Below are positions 1-12,600 of a DNA stretch of 64,000 nucleotides, in pieces (position 1 is the first letter of the stretch; every line of letters begins with the position of its first letter). The stretch comes from Octopus vulgaris (Eukaryota). The position numbers and the translations under genes are program-made. The notes under the pieces were generated by a model, which worked only from the letters and a program-made list of their open reading frames with translations, was not told where the DNA came from and ran no database searches. The stretch covers positions 61,690,001-61,754,000 of the forward strand of contig OX597833.1 in the NCBI GenBank assembly GCA_951406725.2. Direction: 5' to 3'.

Positions 1-713
1 ACACACAAACATATACATACATATACTCTTTTACTTGTTTCAGTCATTTGGCTGCGGCCATGCTGGAGCACCGCCTTTAGTCAAGCACATCGACCCCAGG
101 ACTTATTCTTTTGTAAGCCCAGTACTTATTCTATCGGTCTCTTTTGCCGAACTGTTAAGTTATGGGGACGTAGACACACCAGCATCGGTTGTCAAGCGAT
201 GTTAGGGGACAAACACAGACACACAAACATATACACACTTATACATACATATATATGACGGGCTTCCTTCGGTTTCTGCCTACCAAATCCATTCACAAGG
301 CTTTATTCGGCCCGAGGCGATAGAAGACACTTGCCCAAGGTGCCACACAGTGTGACTGAACCCAGAACCATGTGGTTGGTAAGCAAGCTACTTACCACAC
401 AACCACTCTTGATGGGCTTCTTCCAGTTTCCATTTACCAAATCCACTCACAAGGCTTTGGTTGGCCTGAGGCCGTAGAAGAAGACACTTGCCTAAGGTGC
501 CATGCAGTGGGACTGAACCCGGAACTATGTGGTTGGTAAGCAAGCAACTTACCTCACAGCCACTGATGATCAATTCAAAACAATGTGAAGAAATAAGCAT
601 TACAGCTGTCAAAGTAATTCTGAATGCTAAAAGGTTAAACCTATTTTGTACATACTTTTACAACACCATCACCTGGTACCCCCTCTCTTTCTCTCACCTC
701 AAGAATGATAAAA

Positions 714-757
714 TCTTACCTGTTTCACCATTGCACTAAAATGGTTGTCCTCAGAGA
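714..757 (-). ncRNA. Degenerate hammerhead-like motif
   Basis: Reverse complement tct-CTGAGGA-ca-accatt(ttagtgc)aatggt-GAAAC-ag-GTA-aga; 2-nt insertion before stem II. Confidence 0.4.
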
Positions 758-1644
758 GAATGATAACAGTGTAATATTAATTGAAATTCCTTAGCTAACT
801 TTATCAAGATTGTTAATACTTACTTGGCTAATATATTTAAATATATTCATTGAATAATTTTTTTATTCTTTTGTTACTCTGTTGCACTCTTTCAAATATT
901 TTCTGTTGAAGTACATTGCCTTCGTTTAAATTAAATTATGAAAATAACAAAGAGTTTATTGAAATAACTAATTAAGCTGGCCTTGGGCTAAAATTTGAAA
1001 CCAATATTTCTATGGGCGCAGGAGTGGCTGTGTGGTAAGTAGCTTGTTTACCAACCACACGGTTCTGGGTTCAGTCCCACTGCGTTGCACCTTGGGCAAG
1101 TGTCTTCTACTATGGCCTTGGGCCGACCAAAGCCTTGTGAGTGGATTTGGTAGACGGAAACTGAAAGAAGCTTGTCATATATATATATATGCGTGTGTGT
1201 GTTTGTGTGTCTGTGTTTGTCCCCCTAGCATTGCTTGACAACCAATGCTAGTGTGTTTATGTCCCCGTTACTTAGCAGTTTGGCAAAAGAGGCCGATAGA
1301 ATAAGTGCTAGGCTTATCATCATCATCGTTTAACGTCCGCTTTCCATGCTAGCATGGGTTGGACGGTTCAACTGGGGTCTGGGGAGCCCGAAGGCTGCAC
1401 CAGGCCAGTCAGATCTGGCAGTGTTTCTACAGCTGGATGCCCTTCCTAACAAAAGAATAAGTCCAGGGGTCGAGTTGCTCGATTAAAAAGGTGGTGTTCC
1501 AGCATGGCTGCAGTCAAATGACTGAAACAAGTAAAAGAGAAAGAGAGAAAAGAGAGAGGTGAACTGGCGAAATTGTTAGCACGCTAGACAAAATTCTCAG
1601 CAGCGTATATATTTAGGTTGTAACATTGCAAATTAATCACCCAT

Positions 1645-1925
1645 ATTTTTTTTTTATTAGTCTCAGGTCAAAGCTGTGGCCATGCTGGGGCACCACCATT
1701 TTGCTACACTGTTATTATTGAGAGCCTTCTCTAATATGTGGTATTTGGTGAATAAGGAAGTTTGATGTCTATACCTTCATTCTCACCTCCTGCTGTGAGG
1801 TAGGTTCATCTGGGACTCTCGACAGGAAGAGATCCAGTTTTGATTTGAAAACGCCTACATTCACTTTGTGTAGGTCTCTCAGGTTCTTTGGGAGAATATT
1901 AAAAAGCTGTGGGCCTCTGAAACCC
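1645..1925 (-). mobile_element. CR1-like LINE 3' fragment
   Basis: - strand FRGPQLFNILPKNLRDLH...FKSKLDLFLSRVPDEPT, related to 62822 copy. Confidence 0.7.
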
Positions 1926-2566
1926 GTTTTGATGCCACCCCACTGGCTAGGCCATGCAGTCCAACATTCTCCTTGATCAGAAAGTAGTCCACCACAGAGT
2001 TACTCATTTACAGCTATGCGGACTGGAGCAACAGGATATGAAGTGTTTTGCTGAAGAGCACAATGTGTTGTTGCTCAGTCTGAGAATTGAACTATCTGGC
2101 AATTGTAAGCGCAACACCCTAACCACCAGGCCACACACACACAGGTGTGTGTGTGTCTCTTTGTTTTGACATCATGCAATGGTTGTAAATGAGCATCGCC
2201 CTCATGCAAGAGACATCGATTCCAGTTTTAGTTGAAGAACATGTCTGGCCATGGGAAAATTGATGATGATGATGATGACGAAGCAAGAAAATGTTATCAA
2301 AAGTAATCGCAGGCAGATGAGTGACCATGTTGACTTGTTAACCTGCCTCGAAAACAATTCTTGTATTCTAAACCGAAAGAAGGAAAATGATAAAAAAAAA
2401 AAAAGGACGAAAGAAAGAAATAAGGATTAGTTGAAGTCCTGCAACATCGCCAGGACAAACTGGGAAGAACTGGTGACAGACCTTTTAAGGGTGGAGACAA
2501 TCACTTCATCGGGGAACCGAACGTTTTTGAAAAAGAAAGAATGGAATATTTTGGAGAAAAATAATG

Positions 2567-2962
2567 GGATCTTTTCGGTTTGAATGGCAGTTTTTTCTAG
2601 CGGTGTCATATGAAATTTTTACCCATAATTATGACCCTAGTATCGATCTATTGCATTTCAATCTGTTTTAGGGTTAGGGGAAGGGTATATTTTTTTTCTT
2701 CACAAATGTAAATAAACCCAATCTGTTTCTTACACGAGGGACATATTCATACGGTACAGAATGCTTTTTATCTCAATAGACGTCATTGATTGGTTGAAAT
2801 TGAAGAAAAAAAACAACAAATATCTTACAAACTATAGAATTTTCTCAAAAAAGCCAAGAGAAAATTATGTTTTATAAACACATTCTACCAGTATATGAAG
2901 TTTAAAAGTGTTTAGTTAACTAGAAATTATGTTAAAAACTGCCGTTCAAACCGAAAAGATCC
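2567..2962. mobile_element. MITE (396 bp), ~29-bp TIRs, 8-bp TSD
   Basis: TIR ggatcttttcggtttgaatggcagttttt / aaaaactgccgttcaaaccgaaaagatcc; flanks aaataatg at 2559-2566 and 2963-2970. Confidence 0.88.
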
Positions 2963-3633
2963 AAATAATGAATGAAAGAAAAGTGCTGCAAACTTTAGAC
3001 ACCCCAAAAACTCATTATGTCACAACTAGGCAGCGTAGAAAAAATTCTACGGCATCAAGGCGCTGAGACGATCATCTTCGCCAGCGACGAAAGGCCACAA
3101 TGACGGCTTGCATCTGTGCAGCGCTTGTAATCGAGACAATTGAATTTTTAGTTATTTAAGTAGGGCAGTGGCGGTGGAGGTAGACCATTTGAACTAATTT
3201 TAGAGGAACACAAGCGAGCAAGCAACATCTGGAGGTGGAGAGACACAGACAGACTTATATTTGATTTTATCGTCATAAAGTCTAAAACAGCAGATAGTAT
3301 CCAGTCACGGGAAGAACTTGGAAGGTAAATAACAAAATTATTAAGTCATAGTTGTCGATCGCAATTCCATTCACTTACATAATAATAGGATGCATTTTCA
3401 TGTAAATCGATTCGCCGTACTTGACTGCTGCCTTGTTTAATTAACCCCGAAAAGATGAAAGGCAGAGTTTACCTGGGCGGGATTCGAACCCGGAATGTAA
3501 ACAGCCACAACTAAATACCACGAGGTACACTAATGATAGAAAAAAATCCCTCAGTCTGTCAGTATTTGAGATTTAAAGAACAAATATTAAAACAAGTGCC
3601 CTCTCTCTCAACTAGCACACACACACACACATC

Positions 3634-3664
<31 letters not shown>

Positions 3665-5273
3665 CACACACGGACTCGGCGCAGTCCATGCAGCGATCAA
3701 TTACAAAGCAGTGTAACATAAAATGTCCCTGTAATTGAAAATCCAAAGAATCCAAATGATAAATGATTCGCTTGGATTTCTTCACACATGAAGAAAGGTG
3801 TGGAACGAGCGTAACCTTACGGAAGTCATGTGGTTAAAAATAATTCTATATTCCGTTTTTACACATCCTTGGACTATATGTTCTCTCTCTATATATATAA
3901 TTAACTTAATTAACGTTATATTTAAACTAATAATTAAAATAACGTCGCTATTGTTATTGTTTTTTTTTTTTCTCACACAGTTTACATTGATAGAAATGTA
4001 ATACAAAAAGTTGTTCAACCGTGTGTCAGAATTGATCCCGCACACTTACAATGGAAAATGTTGCTATTATTCTTCCATTTTTTTGTTTTTATATATCATC
4101 CAGACTTATATATCTATCATTACATTATGCAAGACGGCGAGCTGGCAGAAACGTTAGCACGTCGGGCGAAATGCTTTGTGGTATTTCGTCCGCCGCTGTG
4201 TTCTGAGTTCAAATTCAGCCGAGGTCGAGTTTGCCTTTCATCCTTTTAGGGTCGATTAAATAAGTACCAGTTACGCACTGGAGTCGATATAATCGACTTA
4301 ATCAATCCGTTCGTCTGTCCTTGTTTGTCCTCTCTGTGTTTAGCCCCTTGTGGGTAGTAAAGAAATAGGTATTTCGCCCGTCGTTCTGAGTTCAAATTTC
4401 GCCAAGGTCGACTTTGCCTTTCATCCTTTCGGGGTCGATAAATTAAGTACCAGTTACGCACTAGGATCGATATAATCGACTTAATCAATCCGTTTGTCTG
4501 TCCTTGTTTGTCCCCTCTATGTTTAGCCCCTTGTGGGTAGTAAAGAAATATATATATAGCATTACATTATACAATGTGTTCTTCTCACTTCTAAAAGACG
4601 TTGGATAGTGGTTCTGAATCAGGGTCCACATAAAATTTTGTTTTAAATTGTTTATATTCCTACAATACACAAAATATATTAACAATTTTTTTTGGACAAT
4701 TCCTAATAATATTTAATTATAAAAATAAGGATTTTAAAAGATGAGGGTTCCCCCAAGTACAATAGGAATCAAATGGGTAAGTTTGAAGGAAATTTAGCTG
4801 TTTTTTTCTCGCAGATCGAGCGACCATATACAGATTCACAGTTTCATTTTTGGGGATATTTGAAGTGACAGAGCAATCGTACAAGTTTATTTTCTTTAAC
4901 TTTCCATCATTTTTAAGTCATGGATTTTTTTTCATAAAACTTTTAAAATCTCCAATTACATGGTAATTAGTTATGAGCTATTACTATAGCTAAGCGAGTT
5001 TAATTAGCGAATCAACTTGATTGAATACACCCTCAAACGCTGACGGGGGCACTTATTCGTTCCGAAGATCACGAAGAAGAGAGGCAAGCCCTCATCAGCT
5101 GCTATGTAAACGATAGACGTCTGGCGCACTTGGAGCTTGGTCACATAGAGTCGTGACTGACTGTCCTCACACTCTTGCACCACAAAACCACAAAAATTTA
5201 TTATTCTCATCAAGTATTCTAGTTATAATTAGAAGAAAGGTAAATAATTAATAATCAGGGATATTAAATAGTG

Positions 5274-5502
5274 GGTACTACTTGAGAACGGTGGTCCCGG
5301 TGCGCGCACTCGCGTTAGCTAGTCATGACTAGTCGATCCTACGACTACCTAGCAAGGTAAATAAAACACAAAATATATAATTTTTTTTACACAAAGTAAA
5401 TCATTTTTGTTAAACAAAGTAAATAAAACAAAAACAGGATCGACTAGTCATGACTAGCTAGCGCGGATGCGCGCACCGGGACCACTGTTCTCAAGTAGTA
5501 CC
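5274..5502. mobile_element. MITE (229 bp), ~67-bp TIRs, 9-bp TSD (Mutator- or Merlin-like)
   Basis: TIR ggtactacttgagaacggtggtcccggtgcgcgca...; flanks taaatagtg at 5265-5273 and 5503-5511. Confidence 0.9.
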
Positions 5503-6577
5503 TAAATAGTGTATAACAAATTACTGTTTCCTTCGACTTGTTACTTTCGTCAAATGTGTGTGTGTGTGTGTTTGTTCAGATTTGTCGAGTGGATGAAAGA
5601 CAATGTCACAAACTCACTCATGACGTCATAGACTTTTACCGAAAGATTACCAACTACTGTAATGGCATATTTAACGTATTTAGAATATTTTGCGAAATGC
5701 CTAGCTCTATGTCACGTCCTTAATTATGTCGGACGTTTCTACTTCTTCATCGGTAGAACAAATACAGATTTCTGAATATTCAAATATTTATCAACCAGCT
5801 TTGTTTGTTAACTAATTGCTTTTGAAACCAATGACGGCCCTTTGTGCTTTTGAAACCAACGACGGCCCCTTGGGAAAATGAAATCGTTCGATTTGCTAGA
5901 AATAGAAACCATATAGCCATCAAATGAATCCCAGACGCATTAAAGGTTGAGATGGATGAAGGGCAGGTGAGATCTGCGTAGCTAAATTGCTTTGGGCCAC
6001 AGGTTTATTGAATTAGGGCTAGACTATTGTTAAACAATAACAAACTATCAAAACATGTTTGTTCCTGTCGCCGTGTTTGTTTCACAAAGTATCAATGTCT
6101 AAGATCGCCTCGACACTTTTAGGAGAGCGAGCAGAGTATTAGTAGACGATATCGACCCATAATTTAATTGCCAGTTGACTTTATCGGCCCGAGACGGAAT
6201 GAACGAAAACAGCTGGAGCTATTTTGACTGATGCTCCGACACTTCTGCCAATCTACATACATACCTACTTCACTCGTAGAAATAACAGCCAAATATCCAT
6301 TATATTACGCTATTGTTTTAATCTTTTTAAAATAATGGATGAACACGTAAGCCAAATATACTCCAAGGCAATGCTATGAATGGGCCTCAACAAGTTTTGT
6401 CACTTAGACTACAAACAAGAAACCAGTGAAATATAATATAACAGGCAAATAAGGATTATGTATTAATTTACAATGTTTGAGTTTAAAATACTTACATTTT
6501 TATACATATTTGGACCATCTTCTTCTTCTTTTTTCAGCCTAAAATTGCGGGAGATCAATCACAGACACACATTTAAT

Positions 6578-6676
6578 TAAGGCGGGTGTTGAAGCAACAT
6601 ACGCCGATTGGTTGTTTTTTGTCACGTGGATATTGTCACGTGGTGACCCTATCAAGTTCATTGACAAACATTGAAG
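6578..6676 (+). promoter_or_regulatory. Probable core promoter and non-coding first exon of the HDAC gene
   Basis: GC-box-like ggcggg (6581), reverse CCAAT attgg (6607-6611), two GTCACGTG E-boxes (6621-6628, 6635-6642), then strong donor GAAG|GTAAGT at 6676/6677; CpG-containing non-repetitive island upstream of the ATG exon. Confidence 0.6.
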
Positions 6677-9600
6677 GTAAGTCGTAGTAAATGGTTTGTT
6701 TTACGAACTGTTTATCTTCTCCACGGAGAATATTTAAAAGAAAAAAACTATTGATCATTTACACTACCAGAACAGTGAGGTGGTAAGATCGGTAAAGATC
6801 AGCCGGTATATTTTGCATTAGTTAGATACTCTTTTTACATTCTTAGTTCAAATCTCGCCGAGGTTAACTTTTCCTTTCGGCCTTCCAGGGTCGATAAAGT
6901 AAAATTCAAATCAAGAACTGAAATCGATTTAATCAATTAAACCCTCCCCTCCCCCATAATTTTTTGTTTGTATTATGCCAATATTAGAGATCGATATTTA
7001 AATCTACATTTAATTTGATCTTCGTCATTGAATGTCTTGTTTTCTGATTATATACAAAGCTGGGTTCGAACTCGGAACTTTATTTCTTAATTAATCGAAG
7101 TAAAACAATAACTTTCTTATTCTCTGTGGCATTGCCGCATGTATATTCTTATACTTGTTTCAGTCATTTGACTGCAGCCAAGCTGGAGCACCTTTTCCTG
7201 GTTCGAATCCAGGTGATCGAACATATTCAAACTTAGTGTAAATATTGATTTTCCACAGAAGCACGTGGTGACTCGTTGAAGCGATGTCACAGCTGACTAA
7301 ACATTCACAATAATATATATTAGATATTTAATTATTTTAATTTAGCATTTTTTTTCCTGTCGATAATTATGATTAAAACTAACGGACTAGATGCTTTCTT
7401 TGCAATATCTGGTTCAATATTTGTTTGACTCTACTTCACTTTGTTTTTGACTTTCAATAACATGCCAGTAACACATAAAAAAAAAGGCATAAAGTTAATT
7501 TTATTACATATAGAGCACGTACGTATTTGCTATATGAATAATACAAAGCCACATTAAAAAACAATAGTCGTGATTCTTCCATAATATAAGTTTTTTCAAA
7601 AGAAAGGCAAAGAAAAGAAAAAAGAGAAGAAACAGAAAAAAAAAACATCAATGCAGCATCAAGTGTTTCAAATTGGTCCGGGCATCAGCTGATACCTCGG
7701 TAAGGCAACAACAGTGAGAAGAACTTCGCGGCGAAATGCTTAGCGGTATTTCGTCTGCGTTACGTTGTGAGTTCAAATTCCGCCGAAGTCGACTTTGCCT
7801 TTCATCCTTTCGGGGTCGATAAATTAAGTACCAGTTACGCACTGGGGTCGATGTAATCGACTTAATACCTATGTCTGTCCTTGCTTGTCCCCTCTGTGTT
7901 TAGCCCCTAGTGGGTAATAAAGAAATAGGTTAGGGTAGCCCAGTCCCTCCAAACGCAATACATTATGTAACGCGTACATTCGGTCGATTTTTCCCGGCCT
8001 CACTTTGTTCACCGGTGATGGATTTCGTCTTTGATCCCTATTGATTCGATAAAATAGAGGAATATATTTTGTTTAAGACCTTTTATTTTAACGTAAAGGC
8101 ATGCTTTCAGTTTACGATCACAAATCGAAAGTAGAAAAATTTGTAAGCAATTGGTATTTTTCAAACATGAAATCTATAGAAAAAAAACTTTAAAAAAAGT
8201 TTAAAACAAAATAATGGGTAGAGATGGGAGAAATTAAAAACTTGAAAAGCAGTTTCTCTTTTCCTTTCTATTATTTTTTTTTTGGTGGGAATGGTAATTT
8301 TGTCCGGCGTGCTAACGATTCTGCCAGCTCGCCGCCTTCGCAAACCGAATGAATACCATCATAGATATTGTACCGAAGTCTACAACACTATAATCAGAGA
8401 GAGGGGGGATTTTGTTTTAGAGGGAGGAGAGAGGGGAAGTTTGTGTAAAAGAGAGAGAGGAAGTTAGTGTATAAGAGAGACGGAGTTTGTGTAAGAGATG
8501 TAAGATGTAAGAGTTTGTGTGTGTGAGAGAGAGAGAAAGCAGTAGTTTTTGAAAGAACATGAACCCTGTACTCGGACTAAAGTCTCAACACAACAATCAA
8601 CAGAAGATCCTCCCAATATAAAAGCACAACGTGCAGCACACTTTATAATTTCTAAGTTAGAAATAAGAACAAATAATTTGTGTATGTGTGTGTGGTGGTG
8701 GGGGAAGTAAGGTCAATTATATTGATCTGCAGTAGATCAATCGGTATTTCATCTGCCGTTATCTGGCAGAAACGTTAGCACTCCGGGTGAAATGCTTAGC
8801 AGTATTTCGTCTGCCGCAACGTTCTCAGTTCAAATTCCGCCGAGGTCAACTTTGCCTTTCATCCTTTTGGGGTCGATTAAATAAGTACCAGTTACGCACT
8901 GGAGTCGATATTATCGACTTAGTCCGTCTGTCTGTCCTTGTTTGTCCCCTCTGTGTTTAGTCCCTTGTGGGTAGTAAAGAAATAGGTATTTCATCTGCCG
9001 TTACTTTCTGAGTTCAAATTCCACTGAAGTCGACTTTGCCTTTCATTCTTTCAGGGTCGATAAGTTAAGTACCAGTTGCATACTGGGGTCGATCTAATCG
9101 ACTGGCCCTCTCCCCTAAAAAATTTCACACCTTGTGCCTAGACTAGTGACGAAAACTCTGATGATTGAAACAAGTGAAAGATAGAAATTAAGGGAAGATG
9201 CTTTTATCCAAGTGAATCATCATCGTTTAACGTCCGTTTTCTATGCTGGCATGGGTTGGACGGTTCGACCGGGGTCTGGGAAGCCAGAAGGCTGCACCAG
9301 GCTCCAGTCTGATCTGGCGATGTTTCTACGGCTAGATGCCCTTCCTAATGCCAATCACTCCGTGAGTGTAGTGGGTGCTTTTTATGTGCCACCAGCACAG
9401 GGGCCAGAGGAGGCTGGCAAACGGCCACGATCGGTTGGTGCTTTTTATGTGTCACAGACATGGACACGTAAAAAGCACCAACCGATCGTGGCCGTTTGCC
9501 AGCCTCCTCTGACCCCTGAGAGGAACCACAGAAGTAGACTCTAACAAAGTAAATGGAAACACATTCTTGGACAGTCTTTTTGGGGTTGTTTTCTGTTTAT

Positions 9601-9684
9601 GTTGCAATGTAGTAATTAATAAAGATTGTTTTTTTTTTCTCTTCCAGTAAATAAAAAAAAAAATAAAGGATTAAAGAAGTAAAA

Positions 9685-9695
9685 ATGGATTCAAA
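9685..9695 (+). CDS. HDAC10: HDAC10-like coding exon 1 (exon 9648-9695; ATG GAT TCA AA, MDS+)
   Basis: Polypyrimidine + ttccag acceptor ending 9647, AAAATGG start context, donor gtaagt at 9696; phase 2 joins next exon to give Asn. Confidence 0.8.
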
Positions 9696-12600
9696 GTAAG
9701 TAAAAATATTTAAGTGACAACATTTTCTTTTTCCTCTCATACTTTATCATGAACATCAGTTTTATCTGTTGCATCTTAGATGATTGGGCACAGTTTTTCG
9801 GATGCTGATGATTTGGCAGGGCTGTGTGGACATTTAACTTCTTGTGACAACAGTACATTTTGGTACTAGAAGCAGACACACACACACTCACGTACACTTA
9901 CACACATATGCATACATGTGCACACAGATACACATATAGATATATATAGCTACATGGTTTCGGTTCAGTCCCACTGCGTGGAACTTTGGGCAGGTGTCTT
10001 CCACTATAGCCCCTAGTCGACCGAAGCTTTGTGATTGAATTCGGTAGGCGGAAGTTACTGCCGTGTGTGTATATGTGCATGTAGGTGCTCAGTGCCTCTC
10101 CGAAAGAGAGAGAGATGTTACAGTTTATTTATTGAACAAGATTCTGTACTGGTGCCACGTATGAATCACTGGCACTGGTGCCACATAAAAAGATCCAGTG
10201 CACTCTGTAAAGTGGATGGCACTAGGAAGGACATCCAACTGTAGAAATCATGCTAAAGCAGGCAATTGCAGCCTGGTACAACTTTCCAGGTGGCCAGCAC
10301 CTGTCAAACTGTCGAACCCATGCCAGCATAGAAAATGGACGTTAAAGGATGATGATGATGGCACAAGACCAGCAATTTTAGGGGAGGCGGAAGTCAATTA
10401 CTTCGACCCCAGCGTTCAACTGGTACTTATTTTATCGAAAGGCAAAGTTAGCTTCAGTGGAATTTGAACTCAGAACATTAAGATAGACAAAATGTTGTTA
10501 AGTATTTGGCCCAGTGAGCTAATAATCCTTCCAGCTTACGATCATCATCGTTATCATTTAATATCCATTTTCATGCTAGCATGGGTTGGACGGTTCAACT
10601 GGGGTCTGGGGAGCCCGAAGGCTGCACCAGTCCAGTCAGATCTGGCAGTGTTTCTACAGCTGGATGCCCTTCCTAACGCCAACCACTCCGAGAGTGTAGT
10701 GGGTGCTTTTAATGTGCCATTGGCACATATGTGTGCATGTTTGTCCTCAACCACCACTTGACAAACCGATGTTGGTGTGTTTAGCAGTTTGATAAAAGGG
10801 CCTGGTAGAATAAGTATTAGGTTTACCAAAAAAAATAAATATATAAGTACTGGGGGTTAATTCATTTGACTAAAAATTCTTCAGGGTGGTGCCACAGCTT
10901 GGTCACAGTCTAATATCTAAAACAAGAAAAAGGTAAAAGATACACACACACACACACATCAAATTAAATACGCATCCAAAAGAGCTACCAATAGTTTCAT
11001 GCTATTGTGATACTTGAACAGACATATTCATAAAATACGCTGTGTATCTTAAAGCAGTCTTTCAGGCCCTGTTTATGCACTATAAGGTATAAAACTGTTT
11101 ATCACCATGTAACTGTTCATCGCTCTCTCTATAGCCTGCTTATTGTTGTATAACCGACTGCTCTGTTTTTGAACGTTTTAGCTCAACTGGTTTCATTTAC
11201 AACCCAGAAATGACCAAACATGAGTGTTTTTGGATCCCTGACTTTACAGAACAGCCACAGCGAGTTATCCAGCCCTTTAAACGATGTAATGAACTAAACC
11301 TTATTGAAAGATGTCAACAACTTGATGTAAGAATTATCTACTTTGTTACCAAATTTCTGTGGAAACACATGACTTTTGTTTTAATTAATTTAAAAAATAA
11401 CTAGCAGTATCGCCCGGCGTTGCTCGGGTTTGTTTCGACCCTTTAGAATTGGAATTTTTGAAAAGTAAAAATTTTGCATTATGTAGCTTGTTATTCTCTT
11501 TAAGTGAACATTTTTCTGGTTGAAATACACTGAAAAATGGCAACACAGCAGTCAAAAAATTGTAAAAATTAGGGATTTTCATAGAAAAAAAAGCATCTTT
11601 TTGATGTAAATAATTTTTGGTGTTAACATGGTCTGATTTGAATTTTTTCTTCTACAGAAAGAAGAGCAAGCCTTCTTCTATCATACTCTCAATTTTGGTC
11701 AACTTGTGCCACAGGGTCTCGGAGGAGATAGTGTTAGTTGAAGGCTGCCAAACCTACCATACACAGACAACTTCAGCTTTATATATAGAGAGATAAAGAA
11801 TTTTGTAAAATAGCTTTGTCATCATTAAGTTGGCATTTGAAAAATAAATAAATTGACATGAAATTTTGATGGCAGGTTTTGATTAAGATCAATTAAGAAC
11901 TGGCAGTTAGGATTCACCATTTAGTATTTATTTGTGAAATTTATGCTTACCGTAAATCCTTGAGTATAATACGCAAGGGATTTTTAGGGAGCTGTACCTC
12001 TGAAAAACCTAAACCTTGTGTATAATACGCACCCCTTCTCTAACTTGAGTCAAGGTCTATATAACGTCCTTGGTTTGTAAAAATGTATACGCTAAAGTCC
12101 TTTATTATTATTGTATATATAACATAATGCAAACGTGTAGCTTTTTTGTGCATTTTGTTTGCAGAAAATAAAGAAATAACTAATAACATTTAATAAATGT
12201 TGCTTACTGCAAGTTATGGATGATTCTTTTATGACTTCATTGCTTTCAGGCTTAGCTTAAGGTATTTTTTAATACTTACACTATCATCATCACCATCATC
12301 ATCATCATCATCATCATCATCGTCACCATCGTCATCATCATCATCATCACCACCATCGTCATCATCATCACCATCATCATCATCACCATCATCATCATCA
12401 CCATCGTCATCATCATCATCATCATCATCATCACCATCGTCATCATCATCACCATCATCATCATCACCATCATCATCATCACCATCGTCATCATCATCAT
12501 CATCACCATTGTCATCATCATCATCATCATCACCATCATCATCATCATCGTCGTCATCATCATCATCACCATCGTCATCATCATCATCACCATCATCATC

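Noticed and set aside
3160-3330. ~53-codon open stretch ending at a possible donor (GAAG|GTAAAT)
   Set aside because: No recognisable protein, no convincing acceptor or link to other exons.
5580-5775. Second exon of the putative divergent gene
   Set aside because: Joining the 6496 donor to the acceptor near 5770 gives a stop within 8 codons; unsupported as coding.
11948-12210. Complete pogo/Tigger-like MITE (taccgtaaatccttgagtataa terminus)
   Set aside because: Only one terminus is visible; no matching right TIR before the microsatellite.
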